Below are positions 58,332-64,000 of a stretch of 64,000 nt of DNA, one piece after another. The stretch lies in the NCBI GenBank assembly GCA_040954595.2, contig CM082594.2, positions 10,606,276 through 10,670,275 of the forward strand, written 5' to 3'. Origin of the DNA: Balanoglossus misakiensis. Taxonomy: Eukaryota > Animalia > Hemichordata. The stretch's first letter is position 1. Every line of letters begins with the position of its first letter. The notes beneath the pieces are model-generated. The model searched no databases. It was not told the DNA's origin and worked only from the letters and a program-made list of their open reading frames with translations. The position numbers and the translations under genes were made by a program.

Positions 58332-59295
58332 ACGTGGCCATGCATTTAGTACCCCACTTCTGTTGGGGGTGTTTGAGTACATTTTTTTCAAGATTATGAT
58401 TATGGTTACTTGCACACTAGAAGTTATGCCATGCAAGTATATGAGCTTGAAAACAATGATTGTTTGATTGCACTGCTTGATGCCTTGAATCCATGTGAAT
58501 TTTGTCTACTTTTAAACTGTGTAGAGGTAGTTTAATACATATATAATGAAGAAAACAATTAGTATATTGCTAGGATAGATTAATCTTTCAAAGCCTGTCT
58601 GTGGTCTTAGTTTTCATGCATAAAGGCATTTGCTGTACTACTTATTACATTGATGAAGTTTTCAGTAGAAAAACCGGTATATACCCCACTATGTACTGAT
58701 AATGATTTTCACAGTTCAGATTTGTTAATGTTACAGATTATCAGTACTATATGCGAATGTTATATTCTTCAGGTCAATAAAGCTAGTACTTTAAGTTTTG
58801 GAATAAATGCCCCGGAGACTGGTGATTGTGTACGTATGTGTTAGTCTCCTGTATTTCTGTCGCTGGCGGCGCTTTCCTCAGTGTAGCGCAGCCAGCGGCG
58901 GGAATCCAAAAAGTTCGAACAACCTCGTTCTGATTTCAATATGGCTGCCACCTGAGGAGGTGTAACCAAGGAAAATTAATTACAGATCCAGCCCGGCCCA
59001 TCAACACTCTTGACAGCGAAGCCAATAAAACCATGTCAGGGTCCGAATTTTCAGGCAGGGCAACTGTCGTGCTCTGTGCAGTAAGTTTCGTAACGGGGGC
59101 CTTTGTTGGCTACAAGATTTGCAGCTATCGACGACGATACCTTGAGTACAAGCGTGACAAGTTAGCAGACAAGTTTGACGCTGTCCAAGCCAAACTCGAT
59201 GCGCAGTAGATGCAAGATTAGGCCACCCCACGGTCACACCATCGGATCCTGGGCAGCAGTAGGTGGAAATTGGCTTTGCAAAGTGTAGTTTCGAA

Positions 59296-60267
59296 ATGTC
59301 TGACGGAATTAAACCGACTATTGTAATACACGGCGGTGCGTGGTCTATTCCAGACAGTTTAGCGGACGCAAGTAGGGAGGGCGTACAGAATGCAGCGAAG
59401 GTGGGCTATGATATTCTGATCAATGGTGGTAGTGCTCTAGATGCCGTAGAAGCAGCTGTTTGTGTTTTAGAAGATGACCCGGCGTTTGACGCCGGCCACG
59501 GTGCAGTCATGAACAGTCTAGGGGAGATCGAACTGGATGCGGTCATTATGGAAGGGGCGGAGCTGAAGGCAGGCGCAGTTGCCGCGGTACAGAACATCCA
59601 GAACCCGGTGAAATTGGCCAGAATGGTGATGGAGAAAACGGATCACTGTCTCCTCGTTGGCAAGGGTGCCAATATGTTTGCAAAAGAGGTTGGCGTGGAG
59701 GAAGTTCCACCGGATGCGTTGTTGACTGAGGCGGCTAAAGCGGAATGGGAACACTACAAGAAGTACAAAGTGACCGTTTCTGATCTGTTTCGGGACCGCG
59801 GTGGCACATCCAGTGGGTGTCACGACACAGTGGGCGCTGTTGCCGTCGACGCACGTGGCAATGTTGCGTGTGCCACATCAACAGGTGGGATTACTGCCAA
59901 ACGGGTCGGCAGGGTGGGAGACAGTCCGATCATTGGCAGTGGTGCCTACTGCGACAACGACGTTGGGGCAGTATCCAGCACTGGTCACGGCGAAGCCATC
60001 ATGAAGGTCACCTTGGCAAGGCACGCGCTGTATCTGATGGAACAAGGACTGTCAGCCCAGGAAGCAGCCGAAAAATCCATAGATTACATGTTGAAACGCG
60101 TCAAGGGGACCGGCGGACTTATTGTTGTCAGCAACAAGGGGGAAATTGGTTTCCACTACAATACTGAGCGTATGGCATGGGCTTCCCTGCAGTCCTCCAA
60201 CCTTCAATTTGGACTTGACCCCGGTGATAAATTTGTCAAACAATACACACCAAAACAGGAACAATGA
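59296..60267 (+). CDS. ASRGL1: Isoaspartyl peptidase/L-asparaginase (Ntn-hydrolase, type 2 asparaginase), 323 aa, single coding exon
   Basis: Motifs IVIHGGA, GGSALDAVEAAV, EDDPAFDAGHG, ELDAVIMEG, NPVKLAR, the autocleavage site D|TVGAVA, ATSTGG, GRVGDSPIIGSGAY and SSTGHGE. The ATG at 59296 is preferred over the GTG start in the ORF track. Confidence 0.95.
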   Translation: MSDGIKPTIVIHGGAWSIPDSLADASREGVQNAAKVGYDILINGGSALDAVEAAVCVLEDDPAFDAGHGAVMNSLGEIELDAVIMEGAELKAGAVAAVQNIQNPVKLARMVMEKTDHCLLVGKGANMFAKEVGVEEVPPDALLTEAAKAEWEHYKKYKVTVSDLFRDRGGTSSGCHDTVGAVAVDARGNVACATSTGGITAKRVGRVGDSPIIGSGAYCDNDVGAVSSTGHGEAIMKVTLARHALYLMEQGLSAQEAAEKSIDYMLKRVKGTGGLIVVSNKGEIGFHYNTERMAWASLQSSNLQFGLDPGDKFVKQYTPKQEQ

Positions 60268-60477
60268 CAGTTACATTTTTAGACATGTTGCTGCGATCAA
60301 GCAAATGGGGGGTGTGGTCACATGTTCCCTTATACTTTGCCTAGCTAATGGGGCTTTAATAGCATAAACAGGTAATCATGTATAGTTATGTGAGAAATCA
60401 ACTAATCCGTGTAGTATAATTACAAAATACATTATGTGTGTCTATGCAGATTTGTAAAACTTTTTGATACATACTTG

Positions 60478-60483
60478 AATAAA
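60478..60483 (+). terminator. Polyadenylation signal for the ASRGL1-like gene
   Basis: AATAAA ~210 nt after the stop codon, followed by GT-rich sequence. Confidence 0.6.
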
Positions 60484-61705
60484 GAACACTGTTTGGACAG
60501 TACCCTGTGTGACTTAGTTATTCTTATAGCAGTTATAATTCCTGTCTGTCTGCAACTTTGCCATTGGGCAAGAAAAAAATTGATCTTACCTGCTGCCTTG
60601 GTTGAAAACTAGTACTTGAACAGTCCCAGCCTCCATCTTTCTTGATATCCAAGAGATTACCTAACTGTCTGAATACATACAATTATGTTATCTGTATATT
60701 AAACAAATTAATACTCACATCAGGAACTGCAAATCTTCACAGCAGGATGATCGTTTGGTCCACACCCTTACATCAGACCCGAAGTTCCACATCTGGAGTG
60801 TTATACAAACTAACAGTCCATTTGAAATTACCAACAATTTATTTGATCAAAACACTATTGTTAGTGTTTTCTCCAATAATACACCCAGATTTCCTGGAAA
60901 ATTTCCTGTCCTGCATATTGCACTGTGCTCAATACATTTTCTTTCAGATTCTTGTTTGCGAAGCTTCAATCTAACCAAGTAGACTTGCGCCCTCTCTAGA
61001 CCATAATGTAAAAAATTACTCCCTTCCCTATTTTGTATTTAGCTGCACGTTTTCAAAAAGTTGGGTTTTCTGTACAATCATCGGTTCACTGCTGAATAGA
61101 CAGCCACAACCATGGTATGTATAAGGAATTAGCTCACAGTACCTAATGCTATCTGCCATATAGAACATGGCAATTCTGAAAACAATCAACATGGATTTTT
61201 TTATATCTATTACACGTACATTGATGTGCAGCTGAGAAAAATCACCTTGTCTTTGCTTTCTTTGCAAAAAGAGTGCTTAAACTAGTTAATTTTATGAATC
61301 CAAATAAAATTACAAAAAGCTATGTTCATAATGATTGTCAAATAGTTCTTGACAATCTCAGATTTGTAATGTAACATTCTCTCTTAAACTGCCCTTGCCT
61401 CACAACAAAATTGAAAGCCCCACAATAAGTATTCTTTAAGAATGACATGTCATGGATGTCTAAGGACATATTTTTGCATTGGAATTCTCCAAAATATCTG
61501 AAAAATTTAAATTTACTTCGGAGGTGCATTGTTTATGTCTAAGAAATTCAGTACTCACATTGAATTCTTACATTTTTCAGCTTGAAAGATTGTTTTTCCC
61601 TTTCATGTTTCTTCATAATTTGCTCACTGTCTTTTTCTTAGATCATTCATAATTATTTACTTGAAAGACTGTATTGCTGTCACAGGGAAATTTGAGATTG
61701 TGTCT

Positions 61706-63859
<2,154 letters not shown>

Positions 63860-64000
63860 TCATCTATATGGGCCACTATCGCTCCTTGTGGTGAAGTTTC
63901 TTGTTAGGCGCGTGACAGCAATTTGTATGTACGTACAAAATATCTATAAGTAGTCTCCGACAGCCCAAGGCAACACCATAACAAAAGATTTCAGATTTAA

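Noticed and set aside
58690-58755. Hairpin with 11-bp stem GTACTGATAAT/ATTATCAGTAC downstream of the PHD gene
   Set aside because: The stem is too short and the inner region pairs poorly for a pre-miRNA, and there is no match to a miRNA I recognise.

Overview
Eukaryotic (animal, probably marine invertebrate bilaterian) genomic DNA with short GT-AG introns. Bases 1 to ~12,040 are a very homogeneous 87-bp tandem satellite (~138 copies, open at the left edge). It decays over its last ~25 monomers and then abuts unique sequence. Five spliced or single-exon genes follow, all assembled by hand with consistent splice phases: (1) a complete semaphorin-5 (minus, 25 coding exons, ~1060 aa); (2) a complete SWI/SNF subunit SMARCC1/2 (minus, 22 exons, ~1152 aa); (3) head-to-head with it, a 5-exon gene (~635 aa) joining an extended PHD finger to a large last exon that resembles the Gag/ORF1 (LAP2alpha-type) domain of DIRS tyrosine-recombinase retrotransposons, the best candidate for an undescribed domesticated-transposon gene; (4) an intronless isoaspartyl peptidase/L-asparaginase (ASRGL1-like); (5) the 3' part of alkylglycerone-phosphate synthase (AGPS, minus). 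Two clear MITEs lie in semaphorin introns. Family assignments come from motif recognition by eye, not database searches.
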